Positions 19,584-29,400 of a DNA stretch of 64,000 bases are shown in pieces. The stretch is from assembly GCA_050949165.1 (NCBI GenBank), contig JBMNFF010000001.1, forward strand, positions 1,059,185-1,123,184. The letters are read 5' to 3'. Numbering within the stretch: the first letter of the stretch is position 1; each line of letters opens with the position of its first letter. The notes beneath the pieces are model-generated. The model ran no database searches. It was not told the DNA's origin and worked only from the letters and a program-made list of their open reading frames with translations. Source of the stretch: Bacillota bacterium. GTDB taxonomy: Bacteria; Bacillota; Proteinivoracia; UBA4975. The position numbers and the translations under genes were made by a program.

Positions 19584-20045
19584 TCAGTTTTTACTACGGG
19601 ACTGGCGCCTGAGGGCTTCCAGACCCCGTTGCTTATGAGTGTGAACGGCGGAGAGGGATAGCCCCAGCTGCCGGGCTATTTCCCTCAGGGGCAAATCGTC
19701 TCGATAGTACATCGCCAGGACCTGCCGCTGGCGTCGGGTCAAACCCGCCACCAGCTCGTCAAACCCGTCCCTTGGCGGTCCGGGCTGGGGCATTTCCTCC
19801 ACCAGGCTGGAAGAGCGCCAGAACAGGGCATCCCGGCGATACCGGCGCAGGACATCTGCCAGGGCCGCCCGCACCCGGCACCGATAAAAGGCGGGACGAG
19901 CCCCCAACTCCGGGCGGTAATCCCTCCGGGCCTTGATAAGCGCCAACCAGGCCTCCTGGGCCAAATCCTCCCCCTCCAGCCCCGGGCCCCGGTAGCGCCT
20001 GACCATGGCCCGGACCAAGGGGGTATACTGACAAAGCTCATCCAT
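19584..20045 (-). CDS. sigma-70 family RNA polymerase sigma factor (short, ECF-like)
   Basis: region 2-like GEDLAQEAWLAL and region 4 HTH LPLREIARQLGLSLSAVHTHKQRGL; ATG with GGGGAGG RBS. Confidence 0.7.
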   Translation of the reverse strand: MDELCQYTPLVRAMVRRYRGPGLEGEDLAQEAWLALIKARRDYRPELGARPAFYRCRVRAALADVLRRYRRDALFWRSSSLVEEMPQPGPPRDGFDELVAGLTRRQRQVLAMYYRDDLPLREIARQLGLSLSAVHTHKQRGLEALRRQSRSKN

Positions 20046-20227
20046 CCTTACTGCCTCCCCGGCCGGCCATATTTTCCCCGGGGAGTTTAAGTTTAAGGGT
20101 CAGGGCCGGGGTGTGCAAAGGGAAGAGCGCGCCCCCAGCAGCCCCCGCCGGCGGCAGGGGCGCGGGAATCGCGCTCTCGCCCGGGGAATAGGCCCTCAGC
20201 CGAAAAAAGGCAAAAAAAATACCGGCC

Positions 20228-20713
20228 TCAACCGGTATTGACATCTGCCCGCCTTGCCATTTGCCCACTGCTGTGTTTGGGAGCCGTTTTCTGAAGGATG
20301 TAGCGGGCCGCCTTCAGGGCTTCTTTTACATGCAGCACCCGCAAATCCAGGATCAGGACGCCTTGGCGAAATTCCTCCAGGACTTCGCCCACTTGAGTCT
20401 CTTCCAGGGTGCGGAGGTGAAGGAAAGAAAATTCCCTGACCAGTCGGCGCAGAATTGCCAGTGTCTGGTCTTGGGAACCCAGGTCGACAACCAGCACCCG
20501 GCCCGGAACTGAATAACCCCCTAAGAAGTAACAGTCCAGGGCCAGCTGGCGGAACAGGCCTTCTACACTATCCTGATTGTTCTTGACCAGGAATAACAAA
20601 CTTACCTGGGGAGGGACAAATCGGAAGGAGAGTAACCAGCGCCAGATTGTCAAAGCCAACTGCCAAAGTCCGAACAGGGCCAGCAGCCAAAGTACGGTAT
20701 CCATGCCCTTCAC
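20228..20713 (-). CDS. hypothetical membrane-anchored protein
   Basis: 161-aa ORF with N-terminal hydrophobic helix; no recognised motif. Confidence 0.3.
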   Translation of the reverse strand: MKGMDTVLWLLALFGLWQLALTIWRWLLSFRFVPPQVSLLFLVKNNQDSVEGLFRQLALDCYFLGGYSVPGRVLVVDLGSQDQTLAILRRLVREFSFLHLRTLEETQVGEVLEEFRQGVLILDLRVLHVKEALKAARYILQKTAPKHSSGQMARRADVNTG

Positions 20714-20886
20714 CCCCGCACTCTATATATATGCGGAGGGAGGAAGAAAGTTGTTTGGGAGGGACAAAAGGAAGCTATCCGGCGCAACCCCCTGGATATC
20801 TCCCCGGGCTCTCCGGCAATGCTCGTCATTCAAGAGCAGCAGGCTGGCGGGGTCAATGTCCTGTATAACCAAATCTAAACTGTTAA

Positions 20887-20908
20887 GGCCCGACCAAATG
20901 GTCGGGCC
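20887..20908 (-). terminator. hairpin downstream of metK
   Basis: ggcccgacc-aaat-ggtcgggcc perfect 9-bp stem 7 nt after metK stop; T-rich tail weak. Confidence 0.45.
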
Positions 20909-20914
20909 CTAATT

Positions 20915-22105
20915 TTATTCTTCCAGTCCTGCCTCCCGGCGCAGCACCTCGGCCTTGTCGGTCTTTTCCCAGGGCAGGTCCAAGTCGGTGCGGCCCATGT
21001 GGCCGTACGCAGCGACCTGCCGGTAGATGGGGCGGCGCAGGTTCATGTCCCGGATGATGCCGCCGGTGCTGAGGTCAAAGTGCTTGGCAATCAGCTCTTC
21101 TATCTTGGCATTGGGCACCTTGCCGGTGCCGAAGGTCTCCACGCTGATGGAAACCGGCTGGGCCACGCCAATGGCATAGGCCAACTGCACTTCGCACTTG
21201 TCGGCCAGGCCGGCGGCCACCACATTCTTGGCAACCCAGCGGGCAGCATAGGCCCCGGAGCGGTCCACCTTGGTGGGGTCCTTGCCCGAGAAGGCGCCGC
21301 CGCCGTGGCGGGAATAGCCGCCGTAAGTATCCACGATGATCTTGCGCCCGGTGAGTCCGGCATCCCCCTGGGGTCCTCCCACCACAAAGCGGCCGGTGGG
21401 GTTTATGTAGTACTTGGTCCCGGCATCCAGGAGGTCGGCGGGGATGGACTTCTTGACCACTTCTTCGATGATCTCCTCCCGCAGCCGCTCCAAGGGAATA
21501 TCCGGCTTGTGCTGGGCCGAAACCACCACGGTGTGGACCCGGGCAGGCTTGCCGTCGATATATTCCACGGTGACCTGGGTCTTGCCGTCGGGACGAAGGT
21601 AAGGGAGAATCCGCTCCTTGCGCACCTCGGCCAGGCGCCGGGCCATGGTATGGGCCAAGGCGATGGGCATGGGCATCAATTCCGGGGTCTCAGCGCAGGC
21701 AAAGCCGAACATCATCCCCTGATCCCCTGCCCCCACCTGCTCGCCGTCTTTCTGCTCCCTGGCCTCCAGGGCTGTATCCACCCCCAGGGCGATGTCCGGG
21801 GACTGCTCGTCGATGGCAGTGAGGACGGCGCAGGTATCCCCGTCAAAGCCGTACTTGGCCCGGGTGTATCCGATTTTGCGCACTGTGTCCCGGACCAGGG
21901 AGGGGATGTCCACATAGCACTCGGTGGTAATCTCTCCCGTCACCAGGACCAGGCCGGTGGTGACCATGGTCTCGGCGGCTACCCGGGCATAGGGGTCGGC
22001 TTCTAGTATCGCATCTAAGATGGCATCGGATATCTGATCGGCGACCTTGTCGGGATGGCCCTCGGTAACTGATTCGGAAGTAAACAAGAACCTGTCAGCT
22101 TTCAA
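20915..22105 (-). CDS. metK: S-adenosylmethionine synthetase
   Basis: [19 protein letters not shown] and other MetK motifs; start moved to TTG at 22105 ([11 protein letters not shown]) preceded by GGAGGTG. Confidence 0.95.
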   Translation of the reverse strand: MKADRFLFTSESVTEGHPDKVADQISDAILDAILEADPYARVAAETMVTTGLVLVTGEITTECYVDIPSLVRDTVRKIGYTRAKYGFDGDTCAVLTAIDEQSPDIALGVDTALEAREQKDGEQVGAGDQGMMFGFACAETPELMPMPIALAHTMARRLAEVRKERILPYLRPDGKTQVTVEYIDGKPARVHTVVVSAQHKPDIPLERLREEIIEEVVKKSIPADLLDAGTKYYINPTGRFVVGGPQGDAGLTGRKIIVDTYGGYSRHGGGAFSGKDPTKVDRSGAYAARWVAKNVVAAGLADKCEVQLAYAIGVAQPVSISVETFGTGKVPNAKIEELIAKHFDLSTGGIIRDMNLRRPIYRQVAAYGHMGRTDLDLPWEKTDKAEVLRREAGLEE

Positions 22106-22144
22106 TTCCAACACCTCCACAAATATTCTGCTCAAACTGGCAAC

Positions 22145-22266
22145 AAAAAACCCCTTCAGGTTTGAAAGGGTTCGTCACCCCTCATCTGCGGGAATTGGCA
22201 CCGTGCCCCGTGGCCGGTTGCCGGGTTTCATCGGGCCCGCCCCTCCACCTCTCTCGATAAGAGCTC
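22145..22266 (-). ncRNA. SAM-I (S-box) riboswitch with intrinsic terminator, leader of metK
   Basis: minus-strand sequence CTCTTATCGAGAGAGGTGGAGGGGCGGGCCCGATGAAACCCGGCAACC...GGTGCCAATTCC...GCAGA matches S-box consensus; followed by hairpin and TTTTTT. Confidence 0.85.
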
Positions 22267-22427
22267 TATGCAGTTAGGGTCATTTTATCTGAGCAGGGGA
22301 GAAATGTCAATTGCCCCGCCGCTCTTTCTTCCCGGCACGGATAAATCCGGAAGAATTGTTGTAAAAGTAGGACTGCCCCCCTCCATTGTCGAATACATAT
22401 GCAAAGAAAAATCTGGAGGGAAGGATT

Positions 22428-23369
22428 ATGGACAAGGTGCTAATCGGCATCGACCTGGGCGGGACCAACATCCAGGGAGCCGCCGCCAGCGGCGAGGAAA
22501 TCCTGCGCCGGGGCAAGATCGCCACCCGGGCCGCCCTGGGCCCGGAGACAGTGTTGGCGGATATCGCCGCCCTGGCCCTGGAACTGGCCCAGGGCAAAGA
22601 AATTGCCGCCATAGGCTTGGGCGCCCCCGGGCTCCTGGATTTGGAGCGGGGAATCTGCCTCTTCTCAGGCAATTTGCGCTGGCAAGGAGTTGCCCTCACC
22701 CAGCCCCTTTCCGATGAGCTGGGGGCCCCCGTCTTTCTGGACAATGACGTGCGGGTGGCCGCCCTGGGCGAACTGTCCCAAGGCAAGGCCAAGGGCTGCA
22801 AGGACTTTATCTATCTGACGGTGGGCACCGGCATCGGCTCCGGAATCTTCATCGACGGCCGCCTGCTTCGGGGACCCCGCTGGTCAGCCGGGGAAGTAGG
22901 CCATATGATTCTGGACCCCCAGGGCCCCCACTGCACCTGCGGCAGGCAGGGCTGCCTGGAGGCCCTGGCCTCGGCCACGGCCATAGCCCGGGAAGGGCGC
23001 GCCGCAGCGGCAGCGAACCCCGCCAGCCTCCTCAACACCCTGGCCGGCTCCCCCGAGGAAATCGACGCCGCCAAGGTCTTTGAGGCAGCCTCCGCCGGCG
23101 ACCCGGCCGCAAGCCAGGTGGTGGATACCGCCATGAACTGGCTGGGGATAGGCGTGGCCAACCTCATCAACATCTTCAACCCCCGGCTGGTGGTCATAGG
23201 CGGCGGCGTTTCCCTGGCGGGAGAGCAGCTCCTGGCCCCGGTCCGGGCCCAGGTTCAGCGCTACTGCATGGAGGTGCAAAAGGAAACCGTCACCGTCACC
23301 ACCTCGGCCCTGGACGACAGCGCCGGGGTGGCCGGCGCCCTGGAGCTGGCGCGCCGGCGCCTGGGTTGA
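22428..23369 (+). CDS. ROK-family sugar kinase
   Basis: IGIDLGGTN N-terminus, ROK zinc motif CTCGRQGCLE; ATG with GGAGGGAAGG RBS. Confidence 0.8.
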   Translation: MDKVLIGIDLGGTNIQGAAASGEEILRRGKIATRAALGPETVLADIAALALELAQGKEIAAIGLGAPGLLDLERGICLFSGNLRWQGVALTQPLSDELGAPVFLDNDVRVAALGELSQGKAKGCKDFIYLTVGTGIGSGIFIDGRLLRGPRWSAGEVGHMILDPQGPHCTCGRQGCLEALASATAIAREGRAAAAANPASLLNTLAGSPEEIDAAKVFEAASAGDPAASQVVDTAMNWLGIGVANLINIFNPRLVVIGGGVSLAGEQLLAPVRAQVQRYCMEVQKETVTVTTSALDDSAGVAGALELARRRLG

Positions 23370-23382
23370 GGAGGATAAACCC

Positions 23383-24258
23383 ATGCTCATCAACCCTGCC
23401 CGTCTCTTGGTTAGGGCCAGGGCCCAGGGCCGGGCCCTGGCGGCCTTTAACATCTACAATCTCGAGACCCTCCAGGGAGTGGCCGCCGCCGCAGCCCGGG
23501 CCGGCAGTCCCCTCCTGCTTCAGGCTTCGCCCCGAACGGTGGAATTTGCCGGCGCAGCTTACCTGGTCGCCATGGCCCGGGCCGCCGCCCGCCACTGGCA
23601 GATTCCCGTCGCCCTGCACCTGGATCATGCCAGGGACTTTGATCTGGTTGAGGAATGCCTCAGGGCCGGCTTCACCTCGGTGATGTATGATGGCTCCCGC
23701 CTGCCCCTGCAGGAAAACATCGCCAACACCCGACAGGTGGTGGAACTGGCCGCCCGCTACGGCGCCGCCGTGGAGGGAGAGTTGGGCCAGGTGGGAGGCG
23801 GCGGGTTAAGCCCCGATGACGAACAATACACCGATCCCCAGGAAGCCAGGGAATTTGCCCGGGCCACCGGCGTAGATATGCTGGCGGTGGCGGTGGGAAC
23901 GGCCCACGGCCTCTACCGGGGCGAACCCCATCTGGACTTTGGGCGCCTTGCCGAAATTGCCCGGGAGGTGCCCCTGCCCCTGGTCCTCCACGGCGGCTCC
24001 GGGGTGCCGGCCCCGGCAATTCGCCAGGCCATCGCCCTGGGAATCGCCAAGGTCAATATCGCCACCGAGCTGAAGCTGCCCTTCACCCGCACCCTGGTTC
24101 AGGAGCTGGTCCATCTGGCCGACCGCTCCCCGGAGGAAAGCGATCCCCGCCGGTACATGGCCGCCGCCCGGGAAGCGGTGGAGAAAATCGCCGCCGTCAA
24201 GGTGGCCATGTGTTGGATCCAAACCACCGCAAAGGAGTGCTGCTATGATTCTCAATGA
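23383..24258 (+). CDS. class II ketose-bisphosphate aldolase (tagatose/fructose-bisphosphate aldolase family)
   Basis: LHLDHA and HGGSG metal-binding motifs of class II aldolases. Confidence 0.8.
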   Translation: MLINPARLLVRARAQGRALAAFNIYNLETLQGVAAAAARAGSPLLLQASPRTVEFAGAAYLVAMARAAARHWQIPVALHLDHARDFDLVEECLRAGFTSVMYDGSRLPLQENIANTRQVVELAARYGAAVEGELGQVGGGGLSPDDEQYTDPQEAREFARATGVDMLAVAVGTAHGLYRGEPHLDFGRLAEIAREVPLPLVLHGGSGVPAPAIRQAIALGIAKVNIATELKLPFTRTLVQELVHLADRSPEESDPRRYMAAAREAVEKIAAVKVAMCWIQTTAKECCYDSQ

Positions 24259-25315
24259 CCCCCATGCCCTGCGCCAATTGGACAGCCTGGGTTCTCTGGC
24301 CGCCACCGAAGACTATCCCAGCCAGTTTGCCCTGGGCTTGGAGCTTGCCGCCGACTTCTCCCTGCCCCCCTGCTTTAAGCGGGAGTACCACGAAATCCTG
24401 GTCCTGGGCACCGGCGGCGGCTCCTCCATCGCCGGCGCCCTCCTCACCTCCCTCTTCTTTGACCAGCTGAAGCAGCCGGTAATTATCAACCAGGGATACA
24501 ACATCCCCGCCCATGCCGACAGGGACACCCTGGTCATCGCCCTCTCCCATTCCGGCAACACCGAAGAGATCCTCTCAGCCCTGGGCCAGGCCCGGCGCCG
24601 GGGCTGTCCCGCCCTGGCCATCACCGCCGGCGGCGCCCTGGGGGATATTTGCCGGACCGAGGACATCCCCCACATCATCGTCCCCCGGGACATCGGCCAT
24701 CCCCGGCGGAACCTGGGCTACATAGTGCCGCCCCTGGTCCTGGCCCTGGCCCAACTGGGCCTGGTCCCGGACATCTCCGCCGACATCCGGGAGGCCATTG
24801 CCCTGATGGCGGATCTCAAGAACCAGTACGGCGTCGACACTCCCCTGGAGCAGAACCCGGCCAAGCAGCTGGCCGCCAGGCTCCGGGGTCACATCCCCCT
24901 GATCTACGGTTCCAGCGATTACCTCCAGGCCCCGGCCTGGCGCTGGAAGAACCAGTTCGGCGAGAACGGCAAGCTGATGGCCTTCTACAACCTCATCCCC
25001 CACCTCCACCACGATGAGGCGGTGGGCTGGGATATGGAGCCGGAGTTGCTGCGCCATTTCTTCTTAATCATACTCCGGGATGACCAATTGGACCTTCCCA
25101 AGGTCCAAAAGCGCAAGGAAATCACGGCCCAGATGCTGAGGGAGCGCATGGGGGGGGTAGAAGAAGTCTGGGCCCAGGGCCGGTCCCGCTTTGCCCGCCT
25201 CTTCTCCCTCACCTACCTGGGGGACTTTGTCAGCCTGTATGTGGCGGCAGTCCGGGGCATCGACCCCACCCCCGTGGCGATCATCAACCTCTTTAAGGAG
25301 AAGATGGGCCAGTGA
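24245..25315 (+). CDS. SIS-domain sugar-phosphate isomerase (bifunctional PGI/PMI-like)
   Basis: LGTGGGSSIAG and SHSGNTEE SIS motifs; start overlaps aldolase stop. Confidence 0.7.
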   Translation: MILNDPHALRQLDSLGSLAATEDYPSQFALGLELAADFSLPPCFKREYHEILVLGTGGGSSIAGALLTSLFFDQLKQPVIINQGYNIPAHADRDTLVIALSHSGNTEEILSALGQARRRGCPALAITAGGALGDICRTEDIPHIIVPRDIGHPRRNLGYIVPPLVLALAQLGLVPDISADIREAIALMADLKNQYGVDTPLEQNPAKQLAARLRGHIPLIYGSSDYLQAPAWRWKNQFGENGKLMAFYNLIPHLHHDEAVGWDMEPELLRHFFLIILRDDQLDLPKVQKRKEITAQMLRERMGGVEEVWAQGRSRFARLFSLTYLGDFVSLYVAAVRGIDPTPVAIINLFKEKMGQ

Positions 25316-26241
25316 TCCTCAGCATCTGCCTCAACACTTCTCTGGACACCCGCTACACCGCGCCCGGCTTTAAAAAGGGCGGCATCCACAGCGTGGCCCC
25401 GCCCAGCGTCACCGCCGGGGGCAAGGGCCTCAACCTGGCCCGGGTGGCGGCCCAGTTGGGCGCCTCCGTCACCGCCCTGGGCCTGGTGGGGGAAAGAGAC
25501 CTGGACTTCTTTACCCAAGCCATGGAGGCCGAAGGGGTGAGCCCCCGTTTCACCCCCCTCCCCTCCCCCAGCCGGCGCTGCCTCAACATCATCGACCCCG
25601 ATACCAAGAGCGTCACCGAAATCCTGGAGCAGGGCTACCCCGCCCGGCAGGAACACTTTCAGAGCCTCCTCAGTCAGGTGGAAGCAATGGCCCCCCAGGC
25701 AGCGGTTATCGCTGCCAGCGGCAGCGTTCCCCCGGGGTTGGACCCCGACGTCTATGCCCAACTGGGCGAGCTGGCCCGGCGCCTTGGCAAGCCCTTTGTC
25801 CTGGACGCCCGGGGCCGGCACCTTCAAGAAGGGCTCAAGGGCCGCCCCTTTGCCGTCAAGCCCAACCGAAGGGAACTGGAAACTTGGGCAGGGGCGCCCC
25901 TGGAGACGGATGCGGACATCGCCGCCGCCCTCTTGCGGCTGGCCCAAGCCGGCGTGGCCCTGGCCACCGTCAGCCTGGGGGCGGAGGGCGCCATGGCCGC
26001 CGCCCAGGGCAAGCTCTGGCTGGCCCGCCCGCCCCGGGTAGAGGTCGTAAACCCCGTGGGGGCAGGGGATGCCTTCGCCGCCGGCCTCTGCGTAGCAATA
26101 ACCCGGAATCTCAGCTTGCCCGAAACCCTGGCCCTGGCCGTAGCCAGCGGCGCCGCCAGCGCCATGCATCCCGAGACCGGCCATGTGGACATAATGCGCC
26201 TGGAGCAGCTGCTGCCCCAGGTAGAGATCACCGAAATCTAA
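25312..26241 (+). CDS. PfkB-family sugar-phosphate kinase (1-phosphofructokinase/tagatose-6-phosphate kinase-like)
   Basis: GGKGLN and C-terminal GAGDAF motifs of ribokinase/PfkB family; start overlaps upstream stop. Confidence 0.8.
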   Translation: MILSICLNTSLDTRYTAPGFKKGGIHSVAPPSVTAGGKGLNLARVAAQLGASVTALGLVGERDLDFFTQAMEAEGVSPRFTPLPSPSRRCLNIIDPDTKSVTEILEQGYPARQEHFQSLLSQVEAMAPQAAVIAASGSVPPGLDPDVYAQLGELARRLGKPFVLDARGRHLQEGLKGRPFAVKPNRRELETWAGAPLETDADIAAALLRLAQAGVALATVSLGAEGAMAAAQGKLWLARPPRVEVVNPVGAGDAFAAGLCVAITRNLSLPETLALAVASGAASAMHPETGHVDIMRLEQLLPQVEITEI

Positions 26242-26243
26242 AG

Positions 26244-26315
26244 CGCGACAGCGGGGACGCTACAGATTGTCGCACCCCCGGCGGCCGCGACAGGCCGAAG
26301 CGTCCCAGATGTCGC
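26244..26315. repeat. paired-hairpin element related to 9362-9444 (CGCGACA..GGGGACGC..TGTCGC and CGCGACA..GCGTCCC..TGTCGC)
   Basis: two 30-bp halves at 26244-26273 and 26286-26315 in the PfkB-GH36 intergenic gap. Confidence 0.6.
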
Positions 26316-26333
26316 AGACGGGAGGTTTAGAGA

Positions 26334-28322
26334 ATGCAATTTGGCAAAGCCCGCCTCAGCTTCCGCGACGCAGGGAGGGCAGAGACAGTGACCTTCTCTG
26401 ACCTGAGCTGCAGCCACCCCCGGCTGCAGGTCTCCCCTCACCTGCAAAAACTCCGCCACGGCGCCGTCCTCACCTTGACCCTGACCGCTTCCGAGCCGGT
26501 GGAACTGGAAGAATTCATCCTGGAGGCCCAGCTTCCCAAGGGGAATATGCTCAGCAACGGTTACCAATCCTGGTCCCGAACCAAGCTCTACCGCCCCGAC
26601 CAATATATGGCTCCCCTCTTCGCCCTGGCCCGGCCCCTGCTCAGTCCTTACGGGGATTACTCCCTGATTCGGCGCAGCGGCCGCCGCGGCCATTTCTTTT
26701 CCTGGTCCTGGACAGGCTTTGAGCAGGAGGGCAACTGGTTCTTGCTGGGTTCCGACGCCGAAGACTGGGGATACACCCTCTTTGAGGTCGATGGACGCCA
26801 GGAAAAACTCTATATCCGCCGGGACTGCCAGGGCGAAATAACCTCGTCCTACCCCCTCCTCCAGCTCTACTACGGCTGGGGCGGTGAAGGTGAGGTGTGG
26901 GATGAATATGCCTCCCTGCTGACCCGCCGACGTCCCAACGCCCGGCGCTGCACCGGCTGGACCAGCTGGTACAACTACTATACAAAGATCGACGAGGAGA
27001 TCATCCTGGACAACCTCCGGGCCCTTTCGACCTCGGGGCACCCCTTCCAGATCTTCCAAATCGACGACGGCTGGCAGGAGGCCATCGGCGACTGGCTGGA
27101 TATCAACGCAAAATTCCCCTCGGGCCTGGCCAGCCTCGCCCGGACAATTCGCCAACGGGGTTTCCGCCCCGGCCTGTGGCTTTCCCCCTTCATTTGCGAT
27201 AAAAAATCCCGCCTGTGGCGGGAGAATTACGACTGGGTCCTCAAGGACGAGAAGGGTCGTCCTGTCAAGGCCGGCTGGAACCCCGGCTGGAATGGCTGGT
27301 TCTACGCCCTGGACTTCTATGCCCCGGGCTTTCAGACCTGGCTCAAGGAGGTCTTTGCCACCATCCTGGACCAATGGGGGTTCCAGATGGTCAAGCTGGA
27401 CTTCCTCTATGCCGTGGCCCTGCGCCCCCACCACGGCCGCTGCCGGGGGCGGATCATGGCCGAGGCCATGGAGTTCCTGCACCAAATCTGTGGAGACAAT
27501 TTCATCCTGGGCTGCGGCGTACCCCTGGCCCAATCAGCGGGCCGGGTGGACTTCTGTCGCATCGGCGCCGACGTGGCCCCCTACTGGGAAGACCGATTCC
27601 TGCGGACGATAGGCTACCGGGAGCGGGTCTCCACCCGCAACTCCCTGGCCAGCACCCTGCACCGGCATATGCTGGACAGGCGGTTCTTCCGCAACGATCC
27701 CGATGTCTTCCTCCTCCGGGACGGCGTCCCCAAGGTCAATGAGAACAAGCTCAGCCTCGCCGAGCGCCATACTTTATTCTTCCTCAACAACCTCCTGGGC
27801 GGCCTGGTCTTCCTCTCGGACCATGTGGGGGAGTACACCCCGGAGCAGCAGGCCCAGCTGGCCGAGATGTTCCCCAGCCTGGAAGCAGAAATAACCCGCT
27901 TCCATTACCAGGGGGAACTGTTTGTAATTGAGTTCCAGGTGGAGGAGCGGGAATACGTCGCCCTGGTAAACTTAAGCCCCAAACCCGCTTACCTCGACCT
28001 ACCCCCGGGCCAGTGGTTCCACCCGGAGCTTAAAGTCTGCACCGGCCACCTGGATTTGCAGCCCCACCAGACCCTCTGCCTGGCCAAGGTCAAGCCCCAG
28101 GCCCAGCCCTATGTGCTGGGGAGCAGCGGCCACCTGTACCCCGGCGCCCAGGTAGAATCCTTTACCCGGGAAGGGGATGGCTGGACCCTGACCCTGAAAT
28201 CCTACTCTTCCCCCCACACCCGGGTCTGGATAGCCCTGCCTGAAGGGATGGAAGAACTGGTGGTCAACGGCACCCGCCCAGAAATCATCCACTGGGGACG
28301 GTTCCCAGTGGCGCAAATCTAA
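26334..28322 (+). CDS. glycoside hydrolase, GH36-like (clan GH-D, alpha-galactosidase fold)
   Basis: QIDDGWQ, GLWLSPF and MVKLDF motifs typical of GH36/GH27 catalytic domain; family assignment by eye. Confidence 0.6.
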   Translation: MQFGKARLSFRDAGRAETVTFSDLSCSHPRLQVSPHLQKLRHGAVLTLTLTASEPVELEEFILEAQLPKGNMLSNGYQSWSRTKLYRPDQYMAPLFALARPLLSPYGDYSLIRRSGRRGHFFSWSWTGFEQEGNWFLLGSDAEDWGYTLFEVDGRQEKLYIRRDCQGEITSSYPLLQLYYGWGGEGEVWDEYASLLTRRRPNARRCTGWTSWYNYYTKIDEEIILDNLRALSTSGHPFQIFQIDDGWQEAIGDWLDINAKFPSGLASLARTIRQRGFRPGLWLSPFICDKKSRLWRENYDWVLKDEKGRPVKAGWNPGWNGWFYALDFYAPGFQTWLKEVFATILDQWGFQMVKLDFLYAVALRPHHGRCRGRIMAEAMEFLHQICGDNFILGCGVPLAQSAGRVDFCRIGADVAPYWEDRFLRTIGYRERVSTRNSLASTLHRHMLDRRFFRNDPDVFLLRDGVPKVNENKLSLAERHTLFFLNNLLGGLVFLSDHVGEYTPEQQAQLAEMFPSLEAEITRFHYQGELFVIEFQVEEREYVALVNLSPKPAYLDLPPGQWFHPELKVCTGHLDLQPHQTLCLAKVKPQAQPYVLGSSGHLYPGAQVESFTREGDGWTLTLKSYSSPHTRVWIALPEGMEELVVNGTRPEIIHWGRFPVAQI

Positions 28323-28464
28323 ACCTGCGACAACAGGGATGTTTCAGATCGTCTCAAAATCCATCTCCGCACGCTCCCGGAACCAGGGAGGTAATCGGCT
28401 CTCGAGACGGCGCCCATAACACAACGGAAACAAATTTGAGACAGGTGCACGCGTCCCCGCTGTA

Positions 28465-29118
28465 TCATTGCGAAGGGAAAAAGTGCTGCATTGCCCTATT
28501 TTTATTTTCTTGTGACAGCTTAGTTATTTCATTGGATCGGTGGATATTATTTAATCTATACCTAACCCAAGCCGGAAATATCTCTTTCATGTCCTGGGCA
28601 TACAAAGAGCCGTCCCTGGGAAACTGTTTCCCGATTACCGTAAATCCGCCGTTGGTTAAATCCACTGTAACCAAACAGGGCATGGATGAACCGCTTTCCT
28701 TCACGACTCTTCCCTGTTGGGGAAAATAAATTTCCTCCAGCACCCAGAGGTAAACCTCCACCTTTTCATCTGAAATAAAAGAGTATCCATAGATTCTAAA
28801 GGATGCAAAGCTTTCTGCATTATCCGATTTGGCATGCCCCGCTGTCAAATATTCCTGAATAACTTTGATATTATCCTCAGCAAAGGACATGTTTCTTTGC
28901 TTGCCAAATAAAGTAATCATTTCACTAACGTTTCTACCCTTTTTCGCAACCTTATAGCCTAGGCCGATGTAAATAATTGCTTCATCAGTATCGGAAGTCC
29001 GAATGCTGAATATCGGATTTTTATTAGCCAGAAATCTGTAATAGTCCACTCCGAATAGTATGGTCCACGCAACCAAAATAACCAGACCAAAGAACAACAG
29101 TTTGCGTTTTAGTAACAA
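28465..29118 (-). CDS. hypothetical membrane-anchored protein encoded in an AT-rich insert
   Basis: 217-aa ORF, TTG start with AAGGGG RBS; N-terminal TM helix; local GC clearly below flanks. Confidence 0.5.
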   Translation of the reverse strand: MLLKRKLLFFGLVILVAWTILFGVDYYRFLANKNPIFSIRTSDTDEAIIYIGLGYKVAKKGRNVSEMITLFGKQRNMSFAEDNIKVIQEYLTAGHAKSDNAESFASFRIYGYSFISDEKVEVYLWVLEEIYFPQQGRVVKESGSSMPCLVTVDLTNGGFTVIGKQFPRDGSLYAQDMKEIFPAWVRYRLNNIHRSNEITKLSQENKNRAMQHFFPSQ

Positions 29119-29144
29119 TTATATTTCCCCTTAATCATTAGATA

Positions 29145-29168
29145 TGGCCAAGAAATATTTCTTGGCCA
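29145..29168. promoter_or_regulatory. 24-bp perfect palindrome TGGCCAAGAAATATTTCTTGGCCA upstream of the AT-rich-island gene
   Basis: about 27 nt upstream of the TTG start at 29118; candidate operator or terminator. Confidence 0.4.
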
Positions 29169-29400
29169 CTAGCCTCTATCTTCTAACCCTAGCGTACTTA
29201 GGGATATTGTTCTCCCAGCCGTTTACGGAACTACTTGTCCAAGCATGATAGTTGCTAGTGTGTTGAGCTACCTTATAGTCATAATAAGTTTTCCAGAATA
29301 TTGTACTCCTTATTATTTTATAATTTAACTATATTGCTACTTGATTAACATTTCAAGTATTTATATACAATAAATTTTTGTTTTAAAAGGAGGCATTGAA

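Noticed and set aside
22386-22427. ORF-track N-terminal extensions (ROK kinase here; also SecA 11951-11983, MobA, HPF, transketolase C-subunit, ATP-grasp, ABC ATPase at 46266)
   Set aside because: Each extension lacks an RBS, whereas an internal start with a GGAGG-type RBS matches the conserved N-terminus of the family
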